From NCBI GenBank assembly GCA_030167865.1, contig JALAGF010001187.1:1-64000 (forward strand): DNA of 64,000 nucleotides, read 5' to 3'. A program made the translations under genes and the position numbers. Every line of letters begins with the position of its first letter. Position 1 is the stretch's first letter. Below are positions 23,265 through 36,128 of this stretch, in pieces. A model generated the notes under the pieces. It was not told the DNA's origin. It was given only the letters and a program-made list of their open reading frames with translations, and ran no database searches. This DNA is from Craspedostauros australis. Lineage: Eukaryota.

Positions 23265-24380
23265 ACATGGAGTGGGCATGAAGTAGCCATGAAATAGGCA
23301 TGGAGTGAGAGTCAGAGTAAGAGTGTACAATAGTAAATATGAGGATGCGCTGATGCATGGCGCCCCTGGAGTCTTCCACTCGTACTCGTATTTGCAGTGC
23401 CAATTTCTCTTCTCTACAACTATGCATCATAATACTTACCAGCAGCTCGTCCGACCACCTCGCTCACTCGAAGAATGCTCTGTATGGTCCAAGTCCATAC
23501 CGCACAAGAATCATCATCGTGGCAAGCGCAAGTAGAGTCGAGCCAAGTATGCAACAGAGAACGCATACAGTAGAACACTTGCTTATGAACATATCACGTG
23601 CGACTCTTTCCTCTTGGAGTGTGTAGACGTTGGCCGCAAGGAGGCATTGCAACAGATCGACGGAGGACCGCAAGTTTGGCCTCTCTCTCTCTCTCTAGAT
23701 TCGATGTGATACTCAAAGATGACACATTGGACTAGGACGACTACATGTCCACGCTTCAAAACCCCAACAAGGAAAATACACACATGCGCGGGAGAAGCGA
23801 ACGGGCATGGAAAACCATGACAAACACGGCAAACGCGACACACACGAAAAAGAGACGGACAAACGAAGGATGGCACGAATCGAAGAGGCGGGTTGCGTTC
23901 GTCCTTGGCATTTCGCATTGTTCATGTTCCTGCCAACCAGCGTCCCGAGCGATCCAAAGCACTGGGAGAGCGCAGCCCTATGTATCCTATGTTACAATAG
24001 AATAATATTCTACTATACAATACGACCTACACCTCCTCCACTGCCGTCCCCTCCTGCTGATCCCCAGGCTCGTCCTCCTCACCCTCACTCTGTTCGCCAT
24101 ACACACCACGTCCACCTGATTCCCAGGGAAGTACGGCAGAGTGGAGGCATTCAGTGTGATAGACATCAACGACCAACGACCAACGAAAAGCGCGCGTTCG
24201 AGTGGAGCCAACGACCAGAGCATCAATAGAATTGGAGTATAGTATTATACGATACTGCAACAGAGTACTCTGCTCTGCTTAAAGTCTCTGCACATTACCA
24301 AACAGCAAGGCCGCAACAAGAGGCACAGGAAGAGGCGTTTCAGGAGAGGCGACGGAAGCAAACGAGGGAGAGGAAGAACA

Positions 24381-25684
24381 ATGGGTGATGCAATCAGCTC
24401 GCTGCTGTTCCAGCCGCCGCCGCCCACTTACCTGCACCCATCAAAGCACTTCTGGCTGAACACATCATCGGGATCTCGAATCCCCGCCTTCTTCATCGAA
24501 CGGCCCGATGCCCAGGTCACGATACTCTTCTCCCACGGCAATGCGGAAGACCTTGGCATGATATACGACTGGTTCAGCGACCTCGCGAGGGTCCTGCGGG
24601 TCAACATCATGGCGTACGATTACACGGGGTACGGCAAGTCCAACGGCACGCCCTGCGAAGACAACTGCTACGCCGACATCGAGGCGGCCTACCAGTACCT
24701 TCTGGAGGTCAGGCGTGTGCAGCCAGCGCAGGTCGTGCTGTACGGCCGCTCGTTGGGTTCTGGTGCATCGTGCTACTTGGCGGCAAAGACGGCGAAGGAT
24801 GGTCAAAGCGTTGGCGGTGTCATTCTGCAAAGCCCCCTTCTCAGCGCCTACAGAGTTGCTTTCGATTTTCGTTTCACCATGGTGGGAGATCGAGTGAGTT
24901 CAAGGCAGATTCAGACGCTCATTCAGACGCTCATTCAGATGCTCATTCAGAGGATGACTGAGAGCGAAAGAAGATGCAGAAGCAGAAGCAGATCGAATGA
25001 GGGTTGTGACAGCTGCTGTCTGATCGGCCGCCATCCTTGGCAGACCCATGGTGGATGGCAAATGACGCAAGGCGTTTCACGCTGGATACATCATGGCTAC
25101 TTCCGCCTTGCATTGCGTTGCATTGTACCTTGTGTGGATCATTGTCACGATAACTCTCGCTCTCATTGTGGTGTATCGTCCACTCACCCATTCGCTCCTT
25201 TGTGCAATTTGCGCAATTGTCCGTTGGGTCGACTCGTTTACTCGACTCGTTTACTCTACTCTACTCTATTGTGCTATACTTTGATCACTCATTCCTGAAC
25301 GCGTGCCCACACTGCCTGCCTCCTTACGAGTAGTTCCCAAACATCGACTATGCGCCAAACATCCGCTGTCCCGTGTTCATCGTTCATGGCACGCAAGACG
25401 AAGTCGTCCCATTCTGGCACGGCGAGGATCTGTTCATGGCGCTGCCGCAGCAGTGGCGAGCGAAGCCGTTTTGGGTGCAGGGGGCTGGTCACAACAACAT
25501 CGAGGCACTGCTGCGGCCGACGGGAGCATTCGTCGACAAGCTCATTGAATTTCTCAACCTACACGTTGGGGCCAGACGAGGGCGCATCGCGCCGCCATCT
25601 AGGGTTCCGGAATGTGTGCCGTCCGCTTTGAGAGAGTTCCACGAGGCCACCGGACAGGCCCGAGAGCACAGCCTCCTCGGGTAG
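24381..25684 (+). CDS. ABHD17-like alpha/beta hydrolase (protein depalmitoylase family; 287 aa, 2 exons)
   Basis: Exons 24381-24893 and 25334-25684 (GTGAGT...TAG). Motifs LFSHGNAEDLG, YDYTGYGKS, GRSLG (Ser), HGTQDEVV (Asp) and GAGHNN (His). Confidence 0.92.
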
Positions 25685-26441
25685 GTGATGTGGGCGTGGC
25701 AGATTCATACTCGTGCGACCTACTCGAGTACCTCCCAATGGCGCACTTTACTCGAATGCGGTGGTTCGTACTGGTGAGCACCGTGTCCGCACCGATACAT
25801 GGTACATAACAGTAGACCAGCAATTGAAGAATGCACCACCCGACAATGGCTTCATGCAAAAGGACCAAGTACCAGTATTCATACAGCCACGGAGTTCTCA
25901 ATAGTACTCCAGAGTACGTATGTTCCAGTGAAGCAGAGGACTCTACCCAAACATTCTAGCACGTAATTGTCAATCAATAGACAAACGGATCGATGCATGA
26001 GCGCATGGTTGGATGGAGCGTGAAGCCTGGAGGTAGTTGCACAAGGTCCACCACCCCAGTTTCATGCGCGTTTCCTCCGTCAAGTTGGATTTGGGATGAA
26101 ATTTGATGCCAACATTTTGGCGCGAAGTGGTTGTCACGAGTGTTCCACCACGCGGTAGTAGTCGTATCAACATCAGACACCAACATCTTCACCGTCACTT
26201 TCACTATTGCCACTGTTGCTGTCACTGTTGCTGGCACTGTCGCTGTCACCGACGCAGTCGATACACTGCTCCAATTTGTTGGTGCAGCTCTCATAAATCC
26301 CACGAATTGCAATCGCTGCCAACCCAACTACCGCAAACACAGCCCCAACAAGATCCAACCACGAAATTGAGAACACAGGTCGTCCCCACCACTCAGCCAA
26401 GCCAACCTCAGAGAAGCCCAGACAAGGCCAAACGAAGCAAG

Positions 26442-27155
26442 ATGTCGTCCATGATGCTCGCACAACCAGAAGTAACTAAGAAGCGCAAGGTCGCCGTGAA
26501 GGCCGATCCAGCGGCTCGCAGCATCAATACCGCGGCCGCCACCACCACACGCATTGCTACCAACAGCGTGCAAGCATCCGCCGTTCCTTCGTCAACAGTG
26601 AAAGCCACGGCCTCGCCTGTGGAGAAGAACGACGCCGGAGACTCCTTCTTCAAGCTGTCCGCCAAGAAACGATGCACCGTACGATCCTGGAAGGGCACCA
26701 CGTTCGTAGACATTCGCGAGGTGAGATATCGTCAAAATTTGCATCCGACAAGATCGCGTGCAGCCAGCGTGAATGTTTCCTGTTGCACCCACCGCTCCTT
26801 GTCTTACTCACCCACTTGTTCCATTCACTTGTATTCTTCCCCCCATGATTCTATAACTCTGGAATGGCATGCATGCCAACGACGCACGGCAATAACATTA
26901 ACAACAACAACAACAACAAACACGACGACGACGCCCACAATCATGATCATGCGGCAAATATTCCACCAACATCACGAATCGCAGATGTACGAGAAAGATG
27001 GAAAAATGCTGCCATCCAAGAAAGGCATCAGCCTCAACGTGGAGCAGTACACGGCTTTGCGAGATTTGATCAAGGCTGGGCATGTCGACAAGGAACTCGA
27101 AGCCTTGGAGAAGGACGCGGCGCCGAAGAAGACCTCGCCAAGGAAGAAGAAGTAA
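26442..27155 (+). CDS. SUB1: Transcriptional coactivator PC4/Sub1 (ssDNA-binding; 149 aa, 2 exons)
   Basis: Exons 26442-26720 and 26985-27155. The spliced domain reads FFKLSAKKRCTVRSWKGTTFVDIRE|MYEKDGKMLPSKKGISLNVEQY. Confidence 0.9.
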   Translation: MSSMMLAQPEVTKKRKVAVKADPAARSINTAAATTTRIATNSVQASAVPSSTVKATASPVEKNDAGDSFFKLSAKKRCTVRSWKGTTFVDIREVRYRQNLHPTRSRAASVNVSCCTHRSLSYSPTCSIHLYSSPHDSITLEWHACQRRTAITLTTTTTTNTTTTPTIMIMRQIFHQHHESQMYEKDGKMLPSKKGISLNVEQYTALRDLIKAGHVDKELEALEKDAAPKKTSPRKKK

Positions 27156-27430
27156 GACACGAGATCAGGGCGAATAATACCGTCAGCAAAAGTTAAAGTC
27201 AGTCAATCACATTTACAGTACTATCATCGAATCATTCAGCCAACTGCCCACGTCGTCGCTGTCGTCGCCGTCATTGAGAGCTTCTTGATTGTCCCGAAAT
27301 CGATGTTTCGATTATGCGAGTGCTGCATTGCATTATCCATCGCACGAGAGGAGACAGTTGCTCCTGCGCTTTCCCAATTGCCATGCATACTCATACACAA
27401 TTGGGTTCCGGGCGGAACGCGGCACCTACG

Positions 27431-29113
27431 TTACGGAAGCAGTGTCGCCAGAAACGACAGCGCATCTTCCTTCGTTCTTGCCTCTGCCACATCATCGTAT
27501 CTGCTTCCAGTGTTCCATGCGAGATGTTCGATTTTTCGGCGAATGGGAAACGAGGTCGAGTATGAGTGTTGCCAGCATGATGTTAGCACGGTAGGGCAAA
27601 CGGTTGTTTGAAGTGAGAAACAACGGACAACGTATTGGCTGTTCAAGCGAACCAGGATCTCGATGGTATCTCATCATGACGAGCAGGCTTGCCCTTGATC
27701 GCAGCGGTAGGCAACAGCCTATCCCCGGCGGTCGGAACATCTTGTGCGCGACAACGGGACGAACAGAACGTGGTCCCACCGTGATACACTTCGGCCAGCA
27801 ACTGTACCAGGACAACAGGATAACAACTGCACCGGCGCAGACATAAACAATCATGCATAGCTCGTACATATGAGGGTGCATGCCACAAACAAAATGGACT
27901 CACTTTATCGTGGTCCGACCGCGTGATTTGGCGATGGAGTAGCTCGACTTGGCCAGGTTCCGCAGGAACAGTTCAGATGCCATGGTAATCATGATCGCTG
28001 CCTCGTTCTGGACTATCGGTGTGTCGGGATCCAGCTTCATTGCCTGTTTGCGTTGTGACGTTGCGATAGCGTGACGTTGGGTGTGCGGAGCATACATGGG
28101 GTATTTGTAGAGTGGGTGGGGAATGAAGGAACAGAAAGGAAAGAAAAAATATAGTGGAGCAGTTCCATGGGAAGATGGACAAGGAGACGCAGCGCACAAA
28201 CATGATGAACAAGAATGACGTGTAAGTATGGCGAGAACGAAGCGAGACGGAAATGTATTTGGTGCACGAGACAAACACTGCCGGATAGTGCCTTCCGTGT
28301 TGACGAACGATGAGGTGAAGCGGACGATGACACAATCATAGAGGGCGTTCGATGGTGCACAGGGCAAACATCCACCTCCAAGGAACGCCAAAGCAGCATC
28401 CTCTTATTCTGCACCATACGACGAATGTGCGCCGAAGATGTCGGCCCGCTCACCTTCTTCACCGTTCGGAATGGTATCGTCAACCCCTTGACTGCCGGCG
28501 ATCTCCCTTTTTTGGGAATCGGTGGTATTTTCTTCCCGTTCGCATCCTTCTGGCCTTCGGCGTCCTCTCCTGCTGCCGCCGTTGCCGTTGCTGTTGATTT
28601 ACCACTTGAGTTTGCATCCTCCGCGGCCTTGTTGGAAGCAGCTGCGACGTCGCTATCCTCATTGTCTTCCACATCGGCTCCTTCCCTCGCCGTTGATGTG
28701 CTCCTGTCATCATCCTGCGCGACATCCATCGATTCATCCATCGCAGCGTTGGATGCAGTGGCCAAAGACTGGTCATCTGCATCCGCGTCTGCATTCGACT
28801 GGTCTTCGTCGTCGTCTTCATCCTCATTCTCGTCTTCGTTCTCCTCCTCCACCTCTTGGTGGTTGTTATTGTCCTTATCACCATCCTCACCATCATCTAT
28901 CGCAACGCTCGCATGGTCGTTTGCATCACCGTCAGCTTCAGCTTCGGATTCGGCATTGGCGTCGCCATCACCATCGTCATCGTCATCGTCGCCATCCGTT
29001 GCATTCGATGCAGCGGATGCATCTTTGTTCTCGTTCTCATTCTGATCGTCGTCGCTATCGGCATCAGCCATGGGATTGCTCATGCTATTTTCCTCGTTTT
29101 CCACATCGCTCAT
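27431..29113 (-). CDS. H2A-like histone-fold protein (POLE4/CHRAC1/NF-YC class) with a long acidic N-terminus (289 aa, 3 exons)
   Basis: Exons 29113-28454, 28043-27904 and 27500-27431. The spliced fold reads IPFRTVKK|AMKLDPDTPIVQNEAAIMITMASELFLRNLAKSSY...RTTIK|YDDVAEA...FLATLLP. Confidence 0.85.
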
Positions 29114-30025
29114 CGTTCAGCCAGTCGTATGGTATTATACGTCACTCCTCAGAGAAGGCTTGCGTCCTTGTAGTGTCGCTGTGCACGCTGCTCTCGCCCC
29201 ATAGGCGTCCGATCAATGCTCGTGGTAATAAGTATCCGCGAGAGAAGCCTCAATTTGATTGCATTGAACGCTGTGGCTGTTGGTCGCAAAGTGACGAATA
29301 ATAGATCATATAATAAGTGCGGCGTCAACAACCGCAGGCGTCGCGAAGATTGTGGACGACACAGAGGATGAACGGCAGGTCGCGCCATGGTCTCCTTTCG
29401 TTTCTTCTCTTCTGGAAACGGAGTACGTCCAAATCGATTCGAGCCCACAGGAGTCGAATGGGTCGACCCAAGGCGCCATGGTGTGGCATTGCAGCTGGTG
29501 CTTGTGTTCCCGCAGCGTTTATGGGTGTCAAGTCAGGATCCATTCTTCCTACTATACTCTGTCACCTTCACGTCCGTACACACGCTGCGAACTCGTACTA
29601 ATACGACTATGCCACAGCAGTATGCAGAGTACTATTAATATATTCTATTGTTATATATACGGCAGAATATTCACGTTGGTTGCAAGTCACGAAGGACCGA
29701 GTAATATTGTGAAAGTACGAGCTATGCAAGAAATGCTTCGTTGTCTCATTAGTCCTCATGATAGTAGTCGGCTCCAAGTTCGACCAATGCTCTCCAAAGC
29801 CGCTTCCTCTGTGCGTTCCCAACTATGACGACTGTATTATTCCCACTCGTGCAGAGCATATCGTATCGCATCATGTCATGGCGTTGCGGAACAAGGCTGT
29901 TTGTTGTACTTGTACACGTGGTACATATAATCCCACAGAGGAAGTACTATGCACGCTACGCTACTCTACTATACTCTGGTGTACCCGCTATATCTGCCGC
30001 ACTTTCTGTACCTGTCGGGCTTTCT

Positions 30026-31765
30026 TTAGCACTCCTCTTGGCTCTTTCGCACGACCTGCCGGACCTTCTTTTTGAAGGCAGGTCGGTCATTTCGCCACAT
30101 GACGGCAGCATCGAGGTTGGCTGGGGACTCATCGTTTGGATCGGAGAGCATGGAGATAACAGAGATGAGGATCTGCTCGACGCCCAGGATTGGCCTCCAT
30201 CGCTCGTCTGCGCTTTCCTGAGAGTTGAACTGGTCCTCGCCGGGTGGGTGCAGGATCGATATGCACACTTTGCCGTCTTCGTACACGTTGGGGTGCCACA
30301 TCTCGGACGTGAAGGTCATGGTGGGTGGCATGTTGGGGAAGTCGGACGGGAAGACGAGGCGGGCCTTGAAGAAGCCACCCTCGTAGTATGTGCCGTCTGG
30401 TCCCATAACCAGGATATCCCATTCGAATACGTTGCTGTCGTCGACAAGGCCAACACTCACTAGGTCGATTGGGTTCTTTGCCAGGTCTGTTCGTCGGTTG
30501 CAGTTGCGATTGTTGTTGCGATTGCAGTTACGGGGGCATAGAAATGGTAGCCGCGGTGATAGAGAGCCGGGACGGTCCAGAATACAGCAGTATGAGATCG
30601 GAAGGCAAGGTAGAGCAGAGCAAGGCAAGGCCGTTTTCCCCATCGTGTCGTCACGTTACCGTGCGTTGCATGATATGCCGTGCCATGGTGTAGGGGCGGA
30701 ACATGGTTGCATGAATATGCAAGATGAAATATGGGAGGAGATGGAGATGGAGAGAATCATCGAACAGAGCATGGCATTATCGTATCGATGGCAGCAACAC
30801 GGATGGTTGCATTGCGTTGGCAGAAAAGGTAGATGTGGCACACAGTTTGTTGGTTGGTTGGGAGATCGATTGGATATGTAGAGCAAATCAGAGGGGTATG
30901 TATGTGCGCGGTTTGCAACGGGTCGGATGAGAAGATGGATTAGTTCGTTGATTGGGCATGATGTTGGTGCATGGTGGCTGCACAGGCAAAGGGCAAGAAG
31001 GTTGCAACATCAACATTGTGTACGTCGCATGGATGCAGCGACGGATGGGATGCGTGTGCTCCGGAGAGCACATAACTGCGCCGTCTCCAGTTGATGATGG
31101 TTGATGGTCGCTTGTGGTGGTGTGCTTGGGTGGACTGGAATGCGTCTCGCATCGAGGCCTTGCGCAAGGATGCAGCACATCAACCGACAGAAGCATCGAG
31201 TGCAAGACTCTAACTTGATGCCAACTGCAGCGCGCAGTGCAGCATGCCGCACGTCCTCACGGACGTCACCATCATCGCCGCCATTGGAGACCATGAAGCA
31301 TGCCGCCAAGACATCATGGCGCCATGGCACCAACCCCTGATGCAAAACAGGCTGAATAGGCCAAAGAGCCAACCGAACGTGGAGGCATACTAGTATAGTA
31401 CCAAGAAAAACAAACACGACAGGACATCGACAAGGTCATCAACTCGGAACGGAGCAGAGCGTTGGGAGGGTGGTGTTCTCAGCTCCCTTCGTTCTCGCGC
31501 TGGAATGAACCGAGCACCTGGCGGGGCTTTCTTTGGCCATCGCCACCCTGTGACTTCTCCTGCGACCATGTGATCGCGGTCCTCACCAAGGTAACACCAC
31601 CGCTCTGCTCCACACGGATAGGATACTCCATGCTCTACCCCATGCAACTGCAACAGAGAGTGTAGAGCATTGGGCATGGAGTACAGCAGTGATTCCATCA
31701 CATTGCAGAATATAGCACTCACCATTGAGCTGACGCCGGAGAAGTTCTGTTCCGTATTCCGACAT
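30026..31765 (-). CDS. UBE2G1: Ubiquitin-conjugating enzyme E2, UBE2G1/UBC7 class (167 aa, 2 exons)
   Basis: Exons 31765-31723 (MSEYGTELLRRQLN) and 30486-30026, separated by a 1236-nt intron. HPNVYEDGKVCISILHPPG with the acidic insertion loop EDQFNSQESADERW. Confidence 0.92.
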
Positions 31766-33412
31766 GATTCTTGTCTGCTCCTGCTGCTTCTGTTGCTCCT
31801 GCCGTGCTCAGTCAGCCAATCGATCTTATGCGATGTGCTCTCTTGTGCTCTCTTGTATTATAGAATAATATCTATTCCGGTTGGTGTACGAATTATCCCC
31901 AGTATCGCAAGAAGGCAACTTCGCGGCGTGTTTGAGGTGAATTGGTTGGATTAGTTGCACTGACACGATGATGGCGTGGCCTGTTGTGGTTTGTCTTTGC
32001 TCGATGGTGGGGTTGATCGCCGTCTTTGCTCCCCGACACCTCTGCGAGGCGTGGCTTGCCCCCTTGTTGTTTTGGTTGTGGTGGCGGTTGCGTCCTGTCT
32101 CTCTCGTCTTGCCCGTTGCGTCCGTGTTGTTGCTTTGGTCTTTCGCTTCTTTTTGTCATTCTCGGAAGGATCGTGTGACCGTCCAATCGACCAAGTCGAC
32201 CAACTGTATGAAAAAGAACCACGCCGAAATGGCGAAGTCAGCTTCTCGCGTCTGTAGCTCGTACGTGTGGTGTTCTTGGTGAGCGAACAAGAGAATATTC
32301 TTCGCTTCTCCCCAGTCTGCTTGTCTGAAGCGTGGGCGTGTGTTACACGTACTGAAGCAATTTTTCTGAAAATTTGGACGCGCATCGATGGTCGCTCCAC
32401 GAATGAGCTTCACGCCAATCACGTTTTGTGCACAATCGGTCGGCGATCAGACGCTCATGCTGTTCAATACGCGACGACGATTCTCACCAACACAAACACG
32501 ACAACAAGGCGTCAAAACACGCGCATGAATGGAGAGAGAGCGGATGGGTGGCTGAACACGGAGCGGTTGAAACCACAAGAGCAAATCGAAACCAAGACCA
32601 AACGTGGGAGCCGCCATCGAAACACCAAAGGAGATGACACAAACAGAACGCACCCCGATACCTGACTCTATCATACCACCAGCAGATCGTATTCTACCCC
32701 GCTCCGCTCTGCTCTGCAATTGCATTCCCTTCCGTCACAATACCATCACAAGACAATACGAAACCTCCAACGCCCTCTATCCTCAACAACGAACATCAGG
32801 AGACCTCTGAAAGACAACAGGAAAACAGGAGAACGGGAGAACAGGACTCCACTAATACGCGTACGTGTACGACTATCAGCAGAGCATTAGCATTCGCATC
32901 AGCAACAGCATTCGCAACACCCATTGCAACAACAACCATCGCAACAACTTCAACAGCAACGATTACGATTCGTAACTCCACCATCCCAATCCCTTGCGCA
33001 GCCACAACCATCAGTGACTGCAACCCCAACGACACGATTGTTGAGTTCAACCATCCCCAATCCCTTCCGCCGCTCTCCGACGCATCTGTGTCGGCGCAGT
33101 TCGAGATCATTTCGTCCTCACCATACCACCCACCACCAACCCCCTGGAAGAACAAACGGAAGCGATTTTGTTTATAATATAACACAATACTCATCCACGC
33201 AGACGCCAACGTACCCATGATCATAGACTGAGTACTCCGCTCTACTCTGCTTCCTTGAAGTATACAATACTGATACAATACGCGTACCTATCCAACATTC
33301 AAGGCCCTAGAAATCGCAATTCAAAGTGCGATCACAACCACAGAAACACATACTCAATACCAGCTGCTGCACAATACAGCTCCCGCAGAAATAGCAAGAG
33401 ACAACATCCAAC

Positions 33413-35023
33413 ATGCCCATTCGAGGAGGAACCGTCATCAACATCTCGGGGAACAACCCCGTGGATGATCCGGAGTATCGTTACAAGATGCCCGCTGTGT
33501 TTGGAAAGATTGAGGGATCCGGAAACGGCATCAAGACCGCCATCCCCAACATCTCCGATGTCGCCTTGAGTTTGCACCGCGGGCCGGGAGAGGTCAACAA
33601 GTTCTTCGGATGCGAGCTGGGTGCGCAGACCACCTACAACGAGGCCACCGACCGTGCCATCGTCAACGGCTCCCACACCGATGACACCCTCCAGGACCTC
33701 ATGCACCGTTACATCGAGAAGTTCGTCCTCTGCCCCAACTGCGGCCTGCCGGAGACCGATTACAAGATCAAGAACGACACCATCTGGCACAAGTGCGCAG
33801 CCTGCGGAGCCAAGGAGATGGTCGACATGAACCACAAGCTCTGCAACTTCATCCTCGCCCAGGACAAGAAGGCCAAGAAGGAGGCCAAGAAAAACGGCAA
33901 GGACAAGAAGAAGAACAAGGACAAGAAGAAGGATGACAGCGACGATGACAAGAAGAAGTCCAAGAAAGACAAAAAGAAGGATAAGAAAAGGGACAAGAAG
34001 GACAAAAAGTCCAAGAGCGCCGCTGCGGCTGATGACAGCGAGAAGGATTACATCAAGGACGCCTTGGCCGGTGGCAAGGACGACGATGACATCCTCGGTG
34101 GCGAAGCTGATGAGACCTCCGTTGCATCCGAGGCTGGTGTGGACGATGAGGGTGCCATGCGTGAGTAGCGGCCTTGGCTGTATTCTCTGCCCGTCCTTCA
34201 TGCGTGTGATTCCATGTGATTGCATGTCGTGAAGCATATCGTGAAGGAGCGAGTGATGCGATGAGATCCGAGCTGGGCCAACCAACATGCATGCGAGCAC
34301 ATGTGTGCGCGTGCGTGTGCGTACACTCACATGCCTGTACACTCGCGTGCCTGTGTGGTGTGATGCCGTGCCTTGACGTTCTCTGTGAATGCTCGCATTT
34401 CTACTTCACACCCTACGAGCATGCAAAATCGTATACTACGCTCTCCGACGTGACTCTCACCGTTGTTCTGCTGCTCTTGTTACCCTCCGAACGCGCAACC
34501 TCTCCAAATGCACCTACCGCTTGCACAAACCACACACGCAGTGCTTGCCGTGGAGGCAACCCGCAAGTACTTGGTCGACAATCCGGACGCTTCTGCGGAC
34601 GCCATCGCGGAGCTGGTGACCAACCAGCAGATGGCATCCGCCCTCAAGGCGCACGACAAGATCCACATCTTGATCCGCGCCGCTATGACGGAGGAATTCT
34701 TCAAGACCAAGGAGGTCCAGAAGTACGCCCCGGCCGTTGAGGCCATCAGCAACGGCAACCGCATCATCGAGCGTCACCTGATCGCCGCCCTGGAGTTCGT
34801 GTCCATGGACAAACCAAAGAACTTCCCCGTCATGCTGAAGCAGATGTACGACGAGGATGCCTTGCAGGAGGAGACCATCCTCGAGTGGGCCGAGGAGGGA
34901 CGTTCCGACTTCACCCTCGACGCCGTCGACGAGGACACCCGTGCCAGCCTGCGTGCAAACGCAGAACCCGTCGTTGTTTGGTTGCAGGAGGCCGACAGCG
35001 AGGATGAGAGCGAGGATGAATAG
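33413..35023 (+). CDS. EIF5: Eukaryotic translation initiation factor 5 (409 aa, 2 exons)
   Basis: Exons 33413-34160 and 34542-35023. DPEYRYKMP...KIEGSGNGIKT, zinc ribbon CPNC...CAACG, Lys/Asp-rich linker, and a W2 domain ending WLQEADSEDESEDE. Confidence 0.95.
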
Positions 35024-36128
35024 AGTGAAGTCGAACGCTTGCGAGAGCAGAACAAGATGGATTGCTTTGGGCCGTCTGTCCTCGTGCTCCTGCAGGTTAA
35101 GAGCATTTCATGTTTTATCACAGGATGGATGATATACCAGTACTTGTGGCGTCCAGAACAGCAACGCAATCCCAACGTCATGACACTGACCGTCTACGAC
35201 TGAATCATTGTCACTATGATACCCATAAAGAGTTAAAAGAAGCATTGTAGTCTGAGAGTACTATATGTGAGAACAGAGTGCTCGTATTGCGCAAATCAGG
35301 AGCGCTTTGATCTCATTGCTGTTGGTGTTGTCATCAGAGTGGAGCGTGACCACTGCTTGCGCCTCATCCATGCAATGAGCAGCACAGACGGGTGGACCAT
35401 GAGTGGCATGCAACAACACAAGGTACGGGCAAAGCTCAGCTGGCCGTTCACAGGTCTGCTTCCCACTTCCCCAATGGAGGAGAGATCATGGAGTGCTGTG
35501 CACTTGTATTTTCACGGAGCCTGGAACTGTTCTATCACTGCTCTTCTTTGTACATGATGGGCAAAGCCGCGAAAGAGGGCAAAGCCTGATTGGAAATAGA
35601 ATTCTATAGTGCTATATGTGTTGTGTTTGCATTAGTGGTTGATCTTCAATTTGATTTGTTTGTGTTTGGTCTATGTCGGTTGTGCTGTGTGTGGAGCGCT
35701 GGTGCTGCTTTGGGCCGTGTTGGTTGGTTGCAAGCTTCGGTCGATTGCAAGGAATGTTGTGATGGGGTGGAATCATGGCATGGATATGGCCATGCCTGTG
35801 GTTGCGCGCCTGTGACAACAGTCAAGGAGGCCAGCAGGGAAAACGCAAGCAGCCATCGCTGCGGCAAGAGCGATGGTGAAGCGATTGTGATGGCAGCGTA
35901 CTCAATGGCATCCTGCTGCGTCGAGGCTTCGTGCTTGTGTGGTCATCACGGAAGCTCCGCCGCATTATGGGATGAGATGACGCGGTATGCGTCGGGATAA
36001 TGGATTGATGTTGCACAGATGCTGTGTTGATGCTGTGCTGATACTGTGTGGATTGATAGTGGTTGGTTGTTGGAAGGGGGTTGTGAGAGAGATGGAAATG
36101 GCGAGCATCGCAGTGCCGGACTGCGGTA

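Noticed and set aside
23431..23445. ATACTTACC resembling the U1 snRNA 5' end
   Set aside because: It continues AGCAG rather than TGG, and no U1 stem-loops or Sm site follow.
33332..34342. 336-aa hydrophobic minus-strand ORF
   Set aside because: Antisense of eIF5; the Leu/Val/Phe run mirrors the Lys/Asp-rich linker.
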